In this document: in pieces, positions 8,890 through 25,109 of the stretch
How positions within the stretch are numbered: the stretch's first letter is position 1
Layout of the letters: each line of letters starts with the position of its first letter
NCBI RefSeq assembly: GCF_056712565.1
Contig: NZ_CM160072.1
Length of the DNA stretch: 64,000 nucleotides
Reading direction: 5' to 3' (one strand)
The notes under the pieces: generated by a model
Database searches by the model: none
The model's input: the letters and a program-made list of their open reading frames with translations, nothing else
Told to the model about the DNA's origin: nothing
Position numbers and translations under genes: made by a program

Positions 8890-10833
8890 TTACTTACTCA
8901 GATCCACCTGATAAATCGCAAACCCGATATCATCGGTCGCGACTTTATTCATCGGATACTGCCCTTTCTCTTTAATAAACGCTGCGGCTTTATCTGACGG
9001 AGAGGTTTCGAAACGGATATCCAGTTTCTTATCGCCAGCTATCGGTGCTAAACGCCAGTTGTTATCTGCCGCCGGGTGAATTTCCCCCGCACGTTTCGAC
9101 TCATCAGCAATCCACGCTGCCAGCACCGAGCGGTTCTCATCCGGTGAAGCAAAAGCGATATGGCTGTCGCCCGTACCGGCAAATTTGCCGCCGTAAGCGC
9201 GATAGTTATTGGTGGCAACGAGGAACATGGCGTTCGGATCAATCGGCTTGCCGTTAAAGGTCAGGTTCTTAATCCTTTCCGCATTGGCATTAATCATCTG
9301 GCACTCGCCGTCATAACGGGCGGGCTGGGTAACATCAATCTGATAATTCACACCATCAATAACATCAAAGTTATAGGTGCGGAAACCATCCCAGTTGATG
9401 AGTGACTGTGGTTTCGTGCTGTTAGGATCAATCTGGTTAAACTGTCCGGCGGAGCACTCCAGCCACTCTTTCACCTCTTTACCGCTGGCTTTCACCACAA
9501 TCAGCGTATTGGGGTAGAGATAAAGATCGGCGGCATTACGGAAGGTCAACTGGCCTTTTTCCACCTCCACATAGCTTGCGGGGTCATTTTTGCGACCACC
9601 AACTTTAAACGGTGCGGCAGCTGAAAGCACTGGCAGTTTTGCCAGATCCGGATCGCCCTGAATGTAATGCTCGACATACGCTTTTTGCGCGTTGTTCACC
9701 ACCTGCACGGTCGGATCGTCCTGCACAAGCGCCAGATAGCTATACATATTGTCGGCAGATTTACCGATTGGCTTGCTGACGAACTGGCGTGTGGCATCGT
9801 GATCGGCTTTGAGTGTTTCTACCAGCTTGCTGTCTTCCGCCGCGAGGGATTTTTTATTCGCGATGTCGTAAATCGGCCGTGCTTCCGCTTTCGCCTGCGT
9901 CACCTGCCATTTACCGCTGTCATTACTGAGTTGTAAGTCGACCACACCAAGATGATCGCCCCACATGCCTGGCATTACCGCCGGAACACCATTCAGCGTG
10001 CCTTTCGCGATATCAGCCCCTTCGATATCAGCAAAATCTTTACCTGGGAAAACGGCGTGAGCATGGCCAAACATAATGGCGTTAACGCCCGGAATTTCAC
10101 TGAGGTAATAAACTGAGTTTTCCGCCATCACTTTATACGGATCGGCAGACAGCCCGGAATGCGCCAGAACGACAACGACATCGGCACCTTTCTCGCGCAT
10201 TTCAGGCACGTATTTGCGCACGGTTTCGGTAATATCATTCACCGTCACTTTCCCGGATAAATTAGCTTTATCCCAGCCCATGATTTGTGGCGGGACGACG
10301 CCAATATAACCAATCTTCAGCGTCTGTTTTTTTCCGTCTTTATCGACCACTTCGGTGTCTTTAATTAAATACGGTGTAAACATTGGCTGTTTGGTTCTGG
10401 CGTCAATGACGTTGGCATTTACATAAGGGAATTTCGCTCCCGCCAGCGCATTTTTCAGATAATCCAGACCGTAGTTAAACTCGTGGTTGCCAAGCGTGCC
10501 GACGGTATAGTCCAGCGTATTTAATGCCTTATAGACCGGGTGAATATCACCTGCTTTTAATCCTTTCGCCGACATGTAATCTGCCAGCGGACTCCCCTGA
10601 ATCAAATCGCCGTTATCGACCAGTACGCTGTTTTTCACTTCATTGCGGGCATCGTTAATCAGGCTTGCCGTACGTACCAGTCCGAATTTTTCCGTGGCGG
10701 TGTCTTTGTAATAATCGAAATCCATCATGTTGCTATGCAGATCAGTGGTTTCCATGATACGCAGATCGACCGTCGCTGCATTCACACTGGCGGCAATCAG
10801 CGTGGCCAGGAGCGTTGCGCTAAACTTAATCAT
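8890..10833 (-). CDS. cpdB: periplasmic 2',3'-cyclic-nucleotide 2'-phosphodiesterase / 3'-nucleotidase
   Basis: ORF 8890-10842, likely start MIKFSATLL at 10833; signal peptide then metallophosphatase/5'-nucleotidase domains. Confidence 0.9.
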
Positions 10834-11022
10834 CAGGGACATCCTTTTATCATCGGGAATACGAAAGAAAAGGGAGAATAAACGTCTTACTTATAGAACA
10901 GTGAAGAATGCCACAATTTTACGCTTTGAAAATGATGACACTATCACAGTTGGCGCATTCATTAACGATAGGGTATAAGTAAAACAATAAGTTAACACCG
11001 CTCACAGAGACGAGGTGGAGAA

Positions 11023-11763
11023 ATGTTAGATCAAGTATGCCAGCTTGCACGGAATGCAGGCGATGCCATTATGCAGGTCTACGACGGGACGAAACCGATG
11101 GACGTCGTCAGCAAAGCGGACAATTCTCCGGTAACGGCAGCGGATATTGCCGCTCACACCGTTATCATGGACGGTTTACGTACGCTGACACCGGATATTC
11201 CGGTCCTTTCTGAAGAAGATCCTCCCGGTTGGGAAGTCCGTCAGCACTGGCAGCGTTACTGGCTGGTAGACCCGCTGGATGGTACTAAAGAGTTTATTAA
11301 ACGTAATGGCGAATTCACCGTTAACATTGCGCTCATCGACCACGGCAAACCGATTTTAGGTGTGGTGTATGCGCCGGTAATGAACGTAATGTACAGCGCG
11401 GCAGAAGGCAAAGCCTGGAAAGAAGAGTGCGGTGTGCGCAAGCAGATTCAGGTCCGCGATGCGCGCCCGCCGCTGGTGGTGATCAGCCGTTCCCATGCAG
11501 ATGCGGAGCTGAAAGAGTATCTGCAACAGCTTGGCGAACATCAGACCACGTCCATCGGCTCTTCGCTGAAATTCTGCCTGGTGGCGGAAGGACAGGCGCA
11601 GCTGTACCCGCGTTTCGGGCCAACGAATATTTGGGATACCGCCGCTGGTCATGCTGTGGCTGCAGCTGCCGGAGCGCACGTTCACGACTGGCAGGGTAAA
11701 CCGCTGGATTACACTCCGCGCGAGTCGTTCCTGAATCCGGGGTTCAGAGTGTCTATTTATTAA
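11023..11763 (+). CDS. cysQ: 3'(2'),5'-bisphosphate nucleotidase
   Basis: 246-aa ORF; inositol monophosphatase-family motifs (WLVDPLDGT). Confidence 0.9.
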   Translation: MLDQVCQLARNAGDAIMQVYDGTKPMDVVSKADNSPVTAADIAAHTVIMDGLRTLTPDIPVLSEEDPPGWEVRQHWQRYWLVDPLDGTKEFIKRNGEFTVNIALIDHGKPILGVVYAPVMNVMYSAAEGKAWKEECGVRKQIQVRDARPPLVVISRSHADAELKEYLQQLGEHQTTSIGSSLKFCLVAEGQAQLYPRFGPTNIWDTAAGHAVAAAAGAHVHDWQGKPLDYTPRESFLNPGFRVSIY

Positions 11764-12310
11764 TTAATTTATGCAGCAGGTCCATCACTTGCTGCACCTC
11801 TTCCTGAGTAAGCGCCCCGTCTTTGGCCCATTGCACGCGACCGTCTTTATCCAGCACCACTACAGCGGAACTTTTTTCATCCAGCTGCCAGGCACCGCGT
11901 GCGACGCCATTGCTATCAACAATAAACTGCGACCAGGGATAAAGCTTTTTATTACTCTCCAGACTGCTGCGCACAAACATCCCTGAACCCGGAATCGCGT
12001 CGTCGGTGTTAACAATGGTGGTGGTCTGGTAACGATCGTGCGGTAACTTCGCTGATTTAATCGCTTCAATCAGCGTCGCGTTTTTCTCTTTTGCAGAGGT
12101 GCGACCAGCAATATGTTGCAGTACTCGCACTTTTCCCACTAACTGCGCGCTGTTCCAGGTTTTGTAGCTAAACTGATCTTTATCAAGCACCAACTCGCCA
12201 CGATCGGTGATGCCAATCGGCGGCACTCGCTGACCGGTTTCGAACTGATGTGCGGAAGCCATCATCGGCAACAGCAGGCAGGTGAGTGCCAGAATCTTGC
12301 GTAGGGTCAT
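11753..12310 (-). CDS. ytfJ: periplasmic protein YtfJ
   Basis: 185-aa ORF with N-terminal signal peptide; 3' end overlaps cysQ 3' end by 11 bp. Confidence 0.85.
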   Translation of the reverse strand: MTLRKILALTCLLLPMMASAHQFETGQRVPPIGITDRGELVLDKDQFSYKTWNSAQLVGKVRVLQHIAGRTSAKEKNATLIEAIKSAKLPHDRYQTTTIVNTDDAIPGSGMFVRSSLESNKKLYPWSQFIVDSNGVARGAWQLDEKSSAVVVLDKDGRVQWAKDGALTQEEVQQVMDLLHKLINK

Positions 12311-12634
12311 GGTGTTTCCTTCTTATGATATGCAGGTGATCCGACCACTTGGGTCTGAGTTTTAATCATATGTGCTATTTATCGAATTTCCCGCAAGTGT
12401 GATGCCAGTTTGCGGTCAAGCGCACAAATCATATGAAAAATGAATGCTTATACTGAAGACCGCGCTTCGGTAAAAAGATAATTCTGAATAATTGTAACCT
12501 TTAGGTAAAAAAAGTTATACGCGGTGGAAACATTGCCCGGATAGTCTATAGTCACTAGGCATTAAAATTTGCGCCTCATAATAGTTGGGCCGATTGTGGC
12601 ACCGCAAAGGCGTAATACTCAGCAGGAGATAACA

Positions 12635-12841
12635 ATGAAAATTTTCCAACGGTACAACCCACTTCAGGTGGCGAAGTACGTAAAGATCCTGTTCCGTGGA
12701 CGGTTATACATCAAGGACGTTGGCGCTTTTGAATTTGATAAGGGTAAGATTCTTATCCCAAAAGTGAAGGATAAGCTGCATTTGTCAGTGATGTCCGAAG
12801 TTAACCGTCAGGTTATGCGTCTGCAAACAGAGATGGCTTAA
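12635..12841 (+). CDS. ytfK: small protein YtfK (DUF1107)
   Basis: ORF 12569-12841 trimmed to Met at 12635 preceded by AGGAGA; 68 aa. Confidence 0.85.
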
Positions 12842-12843
12842 CC

Positions 12844-12877
12844 AAAGTGCTATGCAGTAAAAAGTGCTATGCAGTAA
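12844..12877. repeat. perfect 17-bp tandem duplication (AAAGTGCTATGCAGTAA x2)
   Basis: Read directly, immediately 3' of ytfK stop. Confidence 0.85.
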
Positions 12878-12881
12878 TAAG

Positions 12882-12904
12882 ACGGCTCCTGATTCAGGAG
12901 CCGT
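12882..12904. terminator. bidirectional hairpin between ytfK and ytfL
   Basis: ACGGCTCCTG-att-CAGGAGCCGT perfect 10-bp stem. Confidence 0.6.
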
Positions 12905-12918
12905 TGATGTTTCTGGGG

Positions 12919-14262
12919 TTATGCGACGCTTTCTTCTTTATCTTTAGCGTCAGGCAGTTTTGGCGAAAGGGCGGTGGCTTTGCTGTCGATTCGGGTCACC
13001 AGCAGCTGGTCGATGCGGTAGTTATCGATATCCACCACTTCAAATTTGTAGCCGGCGAATTTCACCGAATCGGTGCGTTTCGGGATCTTACGCAGCATAA
13101 ACATCATAAAGCCGCCGATGGTTTCGTAGTTGCCCGACTGCGGGAACTCGTCAATATCCAGCACGCGCATGACGTCGTCAATAGGCGTGCCGCCGTCTAT
13201 CAGCCATGAGTTCTCATCACGGGCGACAATTTGCTCTTCCAGCCCCTGGCCGACCAGATCGCCCATCAGTGTGGTCATCACGTCGTTGAGGGTGATGATC
13301 CCCACTACCAGCGCGTACTCGTTCATGATCACCGCGAAGTCTTCACCTGCGGTTTTAAAACTTTCCAACGCCTCTGAAAGGGTTAACGTATCCGGCACAA
13401 TCAGCGTGTTGCGAATTTGTACGCCGCTGTTCAGTGCCAGGCTTTGGTTAGCCAGCACGCGGTTCAGCAGGTCTTTAGAATCGACATAGCCGATGATGTG
13501 GTCAATATCTTCATTACAGACGAGAAACTTAGAGTGCGGATGTTCCGCAACCTTATTCTTCAGACTTTGCTCATCTTCGTGGAGATCAAACCAAATCACG
13601 TTTTCACGCGGTGTCATTGAAGACGGAACGGTACGGGATTCCAGCTCAAAGACGTTTTCAATCAGCTCGTGTTCCTGTTTACGTAACACGCCCGCCAGCG
13701 CACCGGCTTCCACTACCGCGTAGATATCATCAGAAGTGATGTCATCTTTACGTACCATTGGCAGTTTGAAAATACGGAAGATTATGTTCGCCAGTCCGTT
13801 GAAGAACCACACCAGCGGGGTGCAAACGTACAGGCAGAAGCGCATCGGGTTGATGATACGCAAAGCCACAGCTTCTGGCGCAATCATACCGATGCGTTTC
13901 GGGGTTAAATCCGCAAACAGGATAAACATGCCAGTCACTAACGAGAAAGAGAGAATAAAGCTCAGTTGCTCAGAGAGTTCTGCCGACATATAGCGGGAGA
14001 ACAGGCTGTGAAAAGCTGGAGAAAATGCCGCATCACCGACGATACCGCCGAGAATCGCCACTGCGTTCAGACCGATCTGGACCACGGTAAAGAACATGCC
14101 GGGATTTTCCTGCATATTCAAAACGCGTTGGGCATTTATATTGCCTTCATCAGCCAGCAGTTTAAGTTTGATTTTGCGTGAGGCGGCAAGCGAGATCTCG
14201 GACATCGAGAAGAACGCACTTACAGCGATCAAACAGAGTATGACTAAAATACTGTTTAACAT
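12919..14262 (-). CDS. ytfL: CNNM/HlyC-CorC family membrane protein (DUF21-CBS-CorC)
   Basis: 447-aa ORF; N-terminal TM region, CBS pair and CorC_HlyC C-terminus. Confidence 0.9.
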   Translation of the reverse strand: MLNSILVILCLIAVSAFFSMSEISLAASRKIKLKLLADEGNINAQRVLNMQENPGMFFTVVQIGLNAVAILGGIVGDAAFSPAFHSLFSRYMSAELSEQLSFILSFSLVTGMFILFADLTPKRIGMIAPEAVALRIINPMRFCLYVCTPLVWFFNGLANIIFRIFKLPMVRKDDITSDDIYAVVEAGALAGVLRKQEHELIENVFELESRTVPSSMTPRENVIWFDLHEDEQSLKNKVAEHPHSKFLVCNEDIDHIIGYVDSKDLLNRVLANQSLALNSGVQIRNTLIVPDTLTLSEALESFKTAGEDFAVIMNEYALVVGIITLNDVMTTLMGDLVGQGLEEQIVARDENSWLIDGGTPIDDVMRVLDIDEFPQSGNYETIGGFMMFMLRKIPKRTDSVKFAGYKFEVVDIDNYRIDQLLVTRIDSKATALSPKLPDAKDKEESVA

Positions 14263-14429
14263 ATCTTATCCGACCTTTCAGGCCAGATCCTCGGAAGGGG
14301 AAGTTGATTAATTTGTGTGAAATACACATTGAAAGCCGATTCGAAGAAAGTGAACCGGCATTTTCAGTGGCTAGTATAGCGTAAGGTACTGTAAAGCCGC
14401 CAGAGGGTTAAAATTCAGACAGCTGAAAA

Positions 14430-14555
14430 ATGAAAAACTGCCTGATGCGCTATGCCGAACAGGCCTACGCAGTCCCCGCAATATATTGAATTTGGACGAT
14501 TTTGTAGGCCTGGCATTTTGTTTACGCCGTATCCGGCATAAACAAAATGCACTTT
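14430..14555. repeat. REP elements
   Basis: GCCTGATGCGC...AGGCCTAC / GCCGGATACGGCG palindromic units between ytfL and msrA. Confidence 0.6.
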
Positions 14556-14584
14556 ATCAACAATCTACATTTGTACCCGTAACG

Positions 14585-15223
14585 CTATGCTTCCGGCGGC
14601 AGACAGACGCCAATTCCGCCAATTCCACAGTAACCATACGGGTTTTTATGCAGATATTGCTGGTGGTCATCTTCGGCATAATAAAACGGTGTGGCGTTAG
14701 CGATTTCCGTGGTGATGCGACGATCGTCATCGGCGGCAAGCATCGCCGCCTGAAAACGTTCCAGACTGGCGCGAGCGGCGGCATCCTGTTCTGGGGTCAG
14801 CGGATAAATCGCTGAACGATACTGCGTGCCGTGGTCATTGCCCTGACGCATTCCCTGGGCGGGATCGTGATTCTCCCAAAATACTTGTAGCAACTGCTCA
14901 TAGCTGATGACGGATGGATCGTAAACAATGCGCACCGCTTCGGCATGGCCAGTATCGCCGGAGCACACTTCCCGATAAGTCGGATTTGGCGTATAGCCGC
15001 CGGTATAGCCTGCGGCGGTGCTGTAAACGCCGGGTAACTGCCAGAACAGACGCTCCACACCCCAGAAACAACCCATCGCAAAAATGGCAATCTCCATTCC
15101 GTCAGGTACATTGGTCATTGAGTGGCCGTTGACCGCATGCAGTGTGGCTACGGGCATCGGGGTGTTACGTCCAGGCAGGGCATCGGCGGGGGAAACCAGA
15201 TGCTTTTTATCAAATAAACTCAT
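14585..15223 (-). CDS. msrA: peptide methionine sulfoxide reductase A
   Basis: ORF 14585-15289 trimmed to Met at 15223 (MSLFDKKHL); GCFWG active-site motif. Confidence 0.9.
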   Translation of the reverse strand: MSLFDKKHLVSPADALPGRNTPMPVATLHAVNGHSMTNVPDGMEIAIFAMGCFWGVERLFWQLPGVYSTAAGYTGGYTPNPTYREVCSGDTGHAEAVRIVYDPSVISYEQLLQVFWENHDPAQGMRQGNDHGTQYRSAIYPLTPEQDAAARASLERFQAAMLAADDDRRITTEIANATPFYYAEDDHQQYLHKNPYGYCGIGGIGVCLPPEA

Positions 15224-15386
15224 GGTGTCGCTCTCCCGAAAATCGGTCATTGGGGTTAAGGTTGTAACAAGAGGCGTATTTGCACACAATAACCACCGTG
15301 AATAGGTCTAAAGTAAAACATAAGAAATATTTTGGGTTTAGTCTGCTTTTTAATCCATATTACTGGATTTTTGTTAAGCCGTTTAA

Positions 15387-20938
<5,552 letters not shown>

Positions 20939-20940
20939 CA

Positions 20941-21282
20941 ATGCGAATATTTGTCTACGGCAGTTTACGCCACAAACAAGGCAACAGTCACTGGATGACC
21001 AATGCCCAGTTACTGGGCGATTTCAGTATCGATAACTACCAGTTGTATAGCCTGGGCCACTATCCAGGCGCAGTTCCGGGGAACGGAACAGTACACGGTG
21101 AAGTTTATCGTATTGATAACGCCACGCTGGCCGAACTTGATGCCTTGCGCACCAGGGGCGGTGAATACGCGCGCCAGTTGATTCAGACGCCGTACGGGAG
21201 TGCATGGATGTACGTTTATCAACGACCCGTCGATGGATTAAAGCTAATTGAAAGCGGCGACTGGTTAGACAGGGATAAGTAA
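20941..21282 (+). CDS. ytfP: gamma-glutamylcyclotransferase-like protein (AIG2 family)
   Basis: 113-aa ORF starting MRIFVYGSLR. Confidence 0.85.
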   Translation: MRIFVYGSLRHKQGNSHWMTNAQLLGDFSIDNYQLYSLGHYPGAVPGNGTVHGEVYRIDNATLAELDALRTRGGEYARQLIQTPYGSAWMYVYQRPVDGLKLIESGDWLDRDK

Positions 21283-21294
21283 TAATAAAAGCAC

Positions 21295-21319
21295 GCCACC
21301 TTCGGGTGGCGTTGTTTTA
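21295..21319 (+). terminator. intrinsic terminator after ytfP
   Basis: CGCCACC-ttcg-GGTGGCG hairpin followed by TTGTTTT. Confidence 0.7.
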
Positions 21320-21660
21320 TGCGATGTATCTCGCGATTTTTTTTGTAACTTTCCCATCTTTTGCTTTTCTCTCCGGGCCGCTTTCCATATCTGCAATCGC
21401 ATAAAAAACTCTGCTGGCGTTAACAAATGTACAGGGGTAAAACGGGGACACGCTTTGAACGGTGAGTATGAGTGAGGCCGGCTAACTTCCAGCAAGTGGC
21501 TATGAACAGCAAAATGGTGGTCGAGTTTAGCTTGTTCTTACCGTTCAAGCCTTTCAACTGCTGAAAATAATAATAGTGGAGTAGAGAGTTTATAAATTGC
21601 GGGCATAAAAAACCCTTACTAACCGAAGCCCGGTGTTCAGGGTTATTGCGCCAGAAGAAC

Positions 21661-22191
21661 TTATTTATTCTTGGCGCGCTCGAAGGAAGCAACGATTTCA
21701 GCTTTAGCGGCTTCTGCGTTTTCCCAACCTTCAACTTTAACCCACTTGCCTTTTTCGAGGTCTTTGTAGTGCTCGAAGAAGTGAGCGATTTGCGCTTTCA
21801 GCAGCTCTGGCAGATCGTTAACGTCTTTAATGTGATCGTATTCTTTGCTCAGCTTGGTGTGCGGAACAGCAATCAGTTTCGCATCTTCACCGGCTTCGTC
21901 GGTCATTTTCAGTACGCCAACCGGACGGCAGCGGATCACAGAACCCGGCTGCAGCGGGTACGGAGTCGGGACCAGTACGTCAACCGGGTCACCGTCCAGA
22001 GACAGAGTGTGGTTGATGTAACCGTAGTTGCACGGATAGAACATCGCGGTGGACATGAAGCGGTCAACGAACAGTGCGCCGCTCTCTTTGTCGATTTCGT
22101 ATTTGATCGGATCTGCGTTAGCCGGGATCTCAATAACAACGTAGATGTCTTCCGGCAGATCTTTACCCGCAGGGACGTTGAGTAAGCTCAT
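21661..22191 (-). CDS. ppa: inorganic pyrophosphatase
   Basis: 176-aa ORF; family I PPase sequence. Confidence 0.95.
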   Translation of the reverse strand: MSLLNVPAGKDLPEDIYVVIEIPANADPIKYEIDKESGALFVDRFMSTAMFYPCNYGYINHTLSLDGDPVDVLVPTPYPLQPGSVIRCRPVGVLKMTDEAGEDAKLIAVPHTKLSKEYDHIKDVNDLPELLKAQIAHFFEHYKDLEKGKWVKVEGWENAEAAKAEIVASFERAKNK

Positions 22192-22409
22192 GTCTGTTTC
22201 CTTTAAAAATATGTGGCAAACAAGTGCCGAGTATTATAGCCAACTCGCGCCGAATGTCTTCGCTTGTTTTCGTCTTCATTTTCCTTTTTCGCCAGTTTTA
22301 AGACGGTATACAGAGCAGGAAAATCCATAACCGTAGCCGCATTTTTCATAGTGAGATGAAAGCGATTACAAACTTGTGATTAACGTTTTATTTACTTTTT
22401 TGAAGTGTG

Positions 22410-22430
22410 ATGTAACGCAATCCGTTACAT
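22410..22430. promoter_or_regulatory. 8-bp inverted repeat ATGTAACG-N5-CGTTACAT upstream of ytfQ; candidate operator
   Basis: Perfect palindrome read directly, about 70 bp upstream of ytfQ ATG; partial CRP-like half site TGTGA adjacent. Confidence 0.35.
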
Positions 22431-22500
22431 AACGAATTGTCTATAGTTTTTTCGCGAACATCTTTTCACCAATAATAATTACCCCGACGAGGACAACCCT

Positions 22501-23457
22501 ATGTGGAAACGCTTACTTGTAGTCTCTGCAGTCTCGGCAGCCATGTCGTCTATGGCGTTGGCCGCTCCATTAACAGTAGGATTTTCGCAGGTCGGATCGG
22601 AATCCGGCTGGCGCGCCGCAGAAACCAATGTGGCGAAAAGTGAAGCCGAAAAACGCGGTATCACACTGAAAATTGCCGATGGTCAGCAAAAGCAGGAAAA
22701 CCAGATTAAAGCGGTACGTTCCTTCGTCGCACAAGGGGTGGATGCGATCTTTATCGCTCCGGTGGTGGCGACGGGTTGGGAACCGGTATTAAAAGAGGCG
22801 AAAGATGCCGAAATCCCGGTCTTCTTGCTTGACCGTTCCATCGATGTGAAAGACAAATCTCTCTATATGACCACCGTTACTGCCGACAACATCCTCGAAG
22901 GCAAGTTGATTGGTGACTGGCTGGTAAAAGAGGTCAATGGCAAACCGTGTAACGTGGTTGAGTTGCAGGGCACCGTTGGGGCCAGCGTCGCCATTGACCG
23001 TAAGAAAGCCTTTGCCGAAGCCATTAAGAATGCGCCAAATATCAAAATTATCCGCTCGCAGTCAGGTGACTTCACCCGCAGCAAAGGCAAAGAAGTGATG
23101 GAGAGCTTTATCAAAGCGGAAAACAACGGCAAAAACATCTGCATGGTTTACGCCCATAACGATGACATGGTGATTGGTGCAATTCAGGCAATTAAAGAAG
23201 CGGGCCTGAAACCGGGCAAAGATATCCTGACAGGCTCTATCGACGGCGTGCCGGACATCTACAAAGCGATGATTGATGGCGAAGCGAACGCCAGCGTTGA
23301 ACTGACGCCGAACATGGCAGGTCCTGCTTTCGATGCGCTGGAGAAATACAAAAAAGACGGCACCATGCCTGAAAAGCTGACGTTAACCAAATCCACCCTT
23401 TATCTGCCTGATACCGCAAAAGAAGAGTTAGAGAAGAAGAAAAATATGGGGTATTGA
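22501..23457 (+). CDS. ytfQ: periplasmic sugar-binding protein of ABC transporter (galactofuranose-type)
   Basis: 318-aa ORF with signal peptide; periplasmic binding protein fold. Confidence 0.9.
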   Translation: MWKRLLVVSAVSAAMSSMALAAPLTVGFSQVGSESGWRAAETNVAKSEAEKRGITLKIADGQQKQENQIKAVRSFVAQGVDAIFIAPVVATGWEPVLKEAKDAEIPVFLLDRSIDVKDKSLYMTTVTADNILEGKLIGDWLVKEVNGKPCNVVELQGTVGASVAIDRKKAFAEAIKNAPNIKIIRSQSGDFTRSKGKEVMESFIKAENNGKNICMVYAHNDDMVIGAIQAIKEAGLKPGKDILTGSIDGVPDIYKAMIDGEANASVELTPNMAGPAFDALEKYKKDGTMPEKLTLTKSTLYLPDTAKEELEKKKNMGY

Positions 23458-23465
23458 GGGTTGCT

Positions 23466-23577
23466 ATGCCTGATGCCGATTCGTAGGCCGGATAAGGCGC
23501 TCGCGCCGCATCCGGCGGTTGTGCGCTGAAGCCTGATGCGACGCTTACCGCGTCTTATCATGCCTACTGGGAGCACG
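23466..23577. repeat. REP elements
   Basis: GCCTGATGC...GTAGGCCGGATAAGGCG... units between ytfQ and ytfR. Confidence 0.6.
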
Positions 23578-23596
23578 CTTTACACCGGGGGAAACC

Positions 23597-25099
23597 ATGA
23601 CGACCGACCAACACCAGGAAATCCTCCGCACCGAAGGATTAAGTAAATTTTTCCCCGGTGTCAAAGCGTTAGACAACGTTGATTTCAGCCTGCGCCGTGG
23701 CGAAATCATGGCGCTGCTCGGTGAAAACGGGGCGGGAAAATCGACGCTAATCAAAGCATTAACCGGTGTATACCACGTCGATCGCGGCACTATCTGGCTG
23801 GAAGGCCAGGCTATCTCACCGAAAAACACCGCCCACGCACAACAACTCGGCATCGGCACCGTCTATCAGGAAGTCAACCTGCTACCCAATATGTCGGTCG
23901 CTGATAATCTATTCATAGGTCGCGAACCCAAACGTTTCGGCCTTCTACGCCGTAAAGAGATGGAAAAGCGCGCCACCGAACTGATGGCATCTTACGGTTT
24001 CTCCCTCGACGTGCGCGAACCGCTCAACCGCTTTTCAGTCGCGATGCAGCAAATCGTCGCCATTTGCCGGGCTATCGATCTCTCCGCCAAAGTGCTGATC
24101 CTCGATGAACCCACCGCCAGTCTCGACACTCAGGAAGTAGAGTTACTGTTTGGCCTGATGCGTCAGCTTCGCGATCGCGGCGTCAGCCTGATCTTCGTCA
24201 CTCATTTTCTCGATCAGGTTTATCAGGTTAGCGATCGGATCACCGTCTTACGTAACGGCAGTTTTGTGGGCTGTCGGGAAACCCGCGAGCTACCGCAGAT
24301 CGAACTGGTAAAAATGATGCTGGGGCGTGAACTGGACACCCACGCGCTTCAGCGTGCCGGGAGAACATTGCTGAGCGACAAACCTGTTGCCGCGTTCAAA
24401 AATTACGGCAAAAAAGGAACGATCGCGCCGTTTGATCTCGAAGTACGCCCCGGCGAGATCGTCGGTCTGGCAGGCTTGCTGGGATCAGGACGTACCGAAA
24501 CCGCCGAAGTGATCTTCGGTATCAAACCTGCTGATAGCGGCACGGCGTTGATCAAAGGCAAACTGCAAACGCTACGCTCGCCACATCAGGCTTCGGTTCT
24601 TGGCATTGGCTTCTGCCCGGAAGACAGGAAAACCGATGGCATCATCGCTGCCGCCTCGGTGCGGGAAAATATCATCCTTGCTCTCCAGGCCCAGCGCGGC
24701 TGGTTACGACCTATTTCCCGCAAAGAGCAGCAAGAGATTGCCGAACGCTTTATCCGCCAGCTTGGCATTCGCACACCTTCCACCGAACAACCGATTGAAT
24801 TTCTCTCCGGCGGCAATCAGCAAAAAGTGTTGCTTTCACGTTGGCTACTGACCCGACCGCAATTTCTGATTCTCGACGAGCCAACGCGCGGAATTGATGT
24901 TGGTGCCCACGCCGAGATCATCCGCCTGATTGAAACGCTGTGCGCCGATGGGCTGGCGCTGCTGGTGATCTCCTCCGAGCTGGAAGAGCTGGTGGGCTAT
25001 GCCGACCGGGTGATTATCATGCGCGATCGCAAACAGGTAGCGGAGATCCCGCTGGCAGAGCTTTCCGTTCCGGCGATCATGAACGCCATTGCGGCGTAA
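23597..25099 (+). CDS. ytfR: sugar ABC transporter ATP-binding protein (duplicated ABC domains)
   Basis: 500-aa ORF; Walker A GENGAGKST and second ABC module. Confidence 0.9.
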   Translation: MTTDQHQEILRTEGLSKFFPGVKALDNVDFSLRRGEIMALLGENGAGKSTLIKALTGVYHVDRGTIWLEGQAISPKNTAHAQQLGIGTVYQEVNLLPNMSVADNLFIGREPKRFGLLRRKEMEKRATELMASYGFSLDVREPLNRFSVAMQQIVAICRAIDLSAKVLILDEPTASLDTQEVELLFGLMRQLRDRGVSLIFVTHFLDQVYQVSDRITVLRNGSFVGCRETRELPQIELVKMMLGRELDTHALQRAGRTLLSDKPVAAFKNYGKKGTIAPFDLEVRPGEIVGLAGLLGSGRTETAEVIFGIKPADSGTALIKGKLQTLRSPHQASVLGIGFCPEDRKTDGIIAAASVRENIILALQAQRGWLRPISRKEQQEIAERFIRQLGIRTPSTEQPIEFLSGGNQQKVLLSRWLLTRPQFLILDEPTRGIDVGAHAEIIRLIETLCADGLALLVISSELEELVGYADRVIIMRDRKQVAEIPLAELSVPAIMNAIAA

Positions 25100-25109
25100 G
25101 GAGAATAGT

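Noticed and set aside
8745-8975. Small ORFs inside REP-containing gaps (8745-8975, 29636-29875, 42964-43197, 62807-63031)
   Set aside because: Composed largely of REP palindrome sequence; no translation signals; repeat-derived.
21265-21734. Minus-strand ORFs (76 and 104 aa) in the ytfP-ppa gap as candidate toxin-antitoxin remnants
   Set aside because: No similarity to MazF/ChpB or AbrB-like ChpS sequences, no Shine-Dalgarno, and one overlaps the ppa 3' end; most likely non-coding.
22145-22330. 61-aa plus-strand ORF in the ppa/ytfQ divergent region
   Set aside because: Overlaps the ppa start codon and promoter on the opposite strand, has no Shine-Dalgarno and no recognisable protein features.
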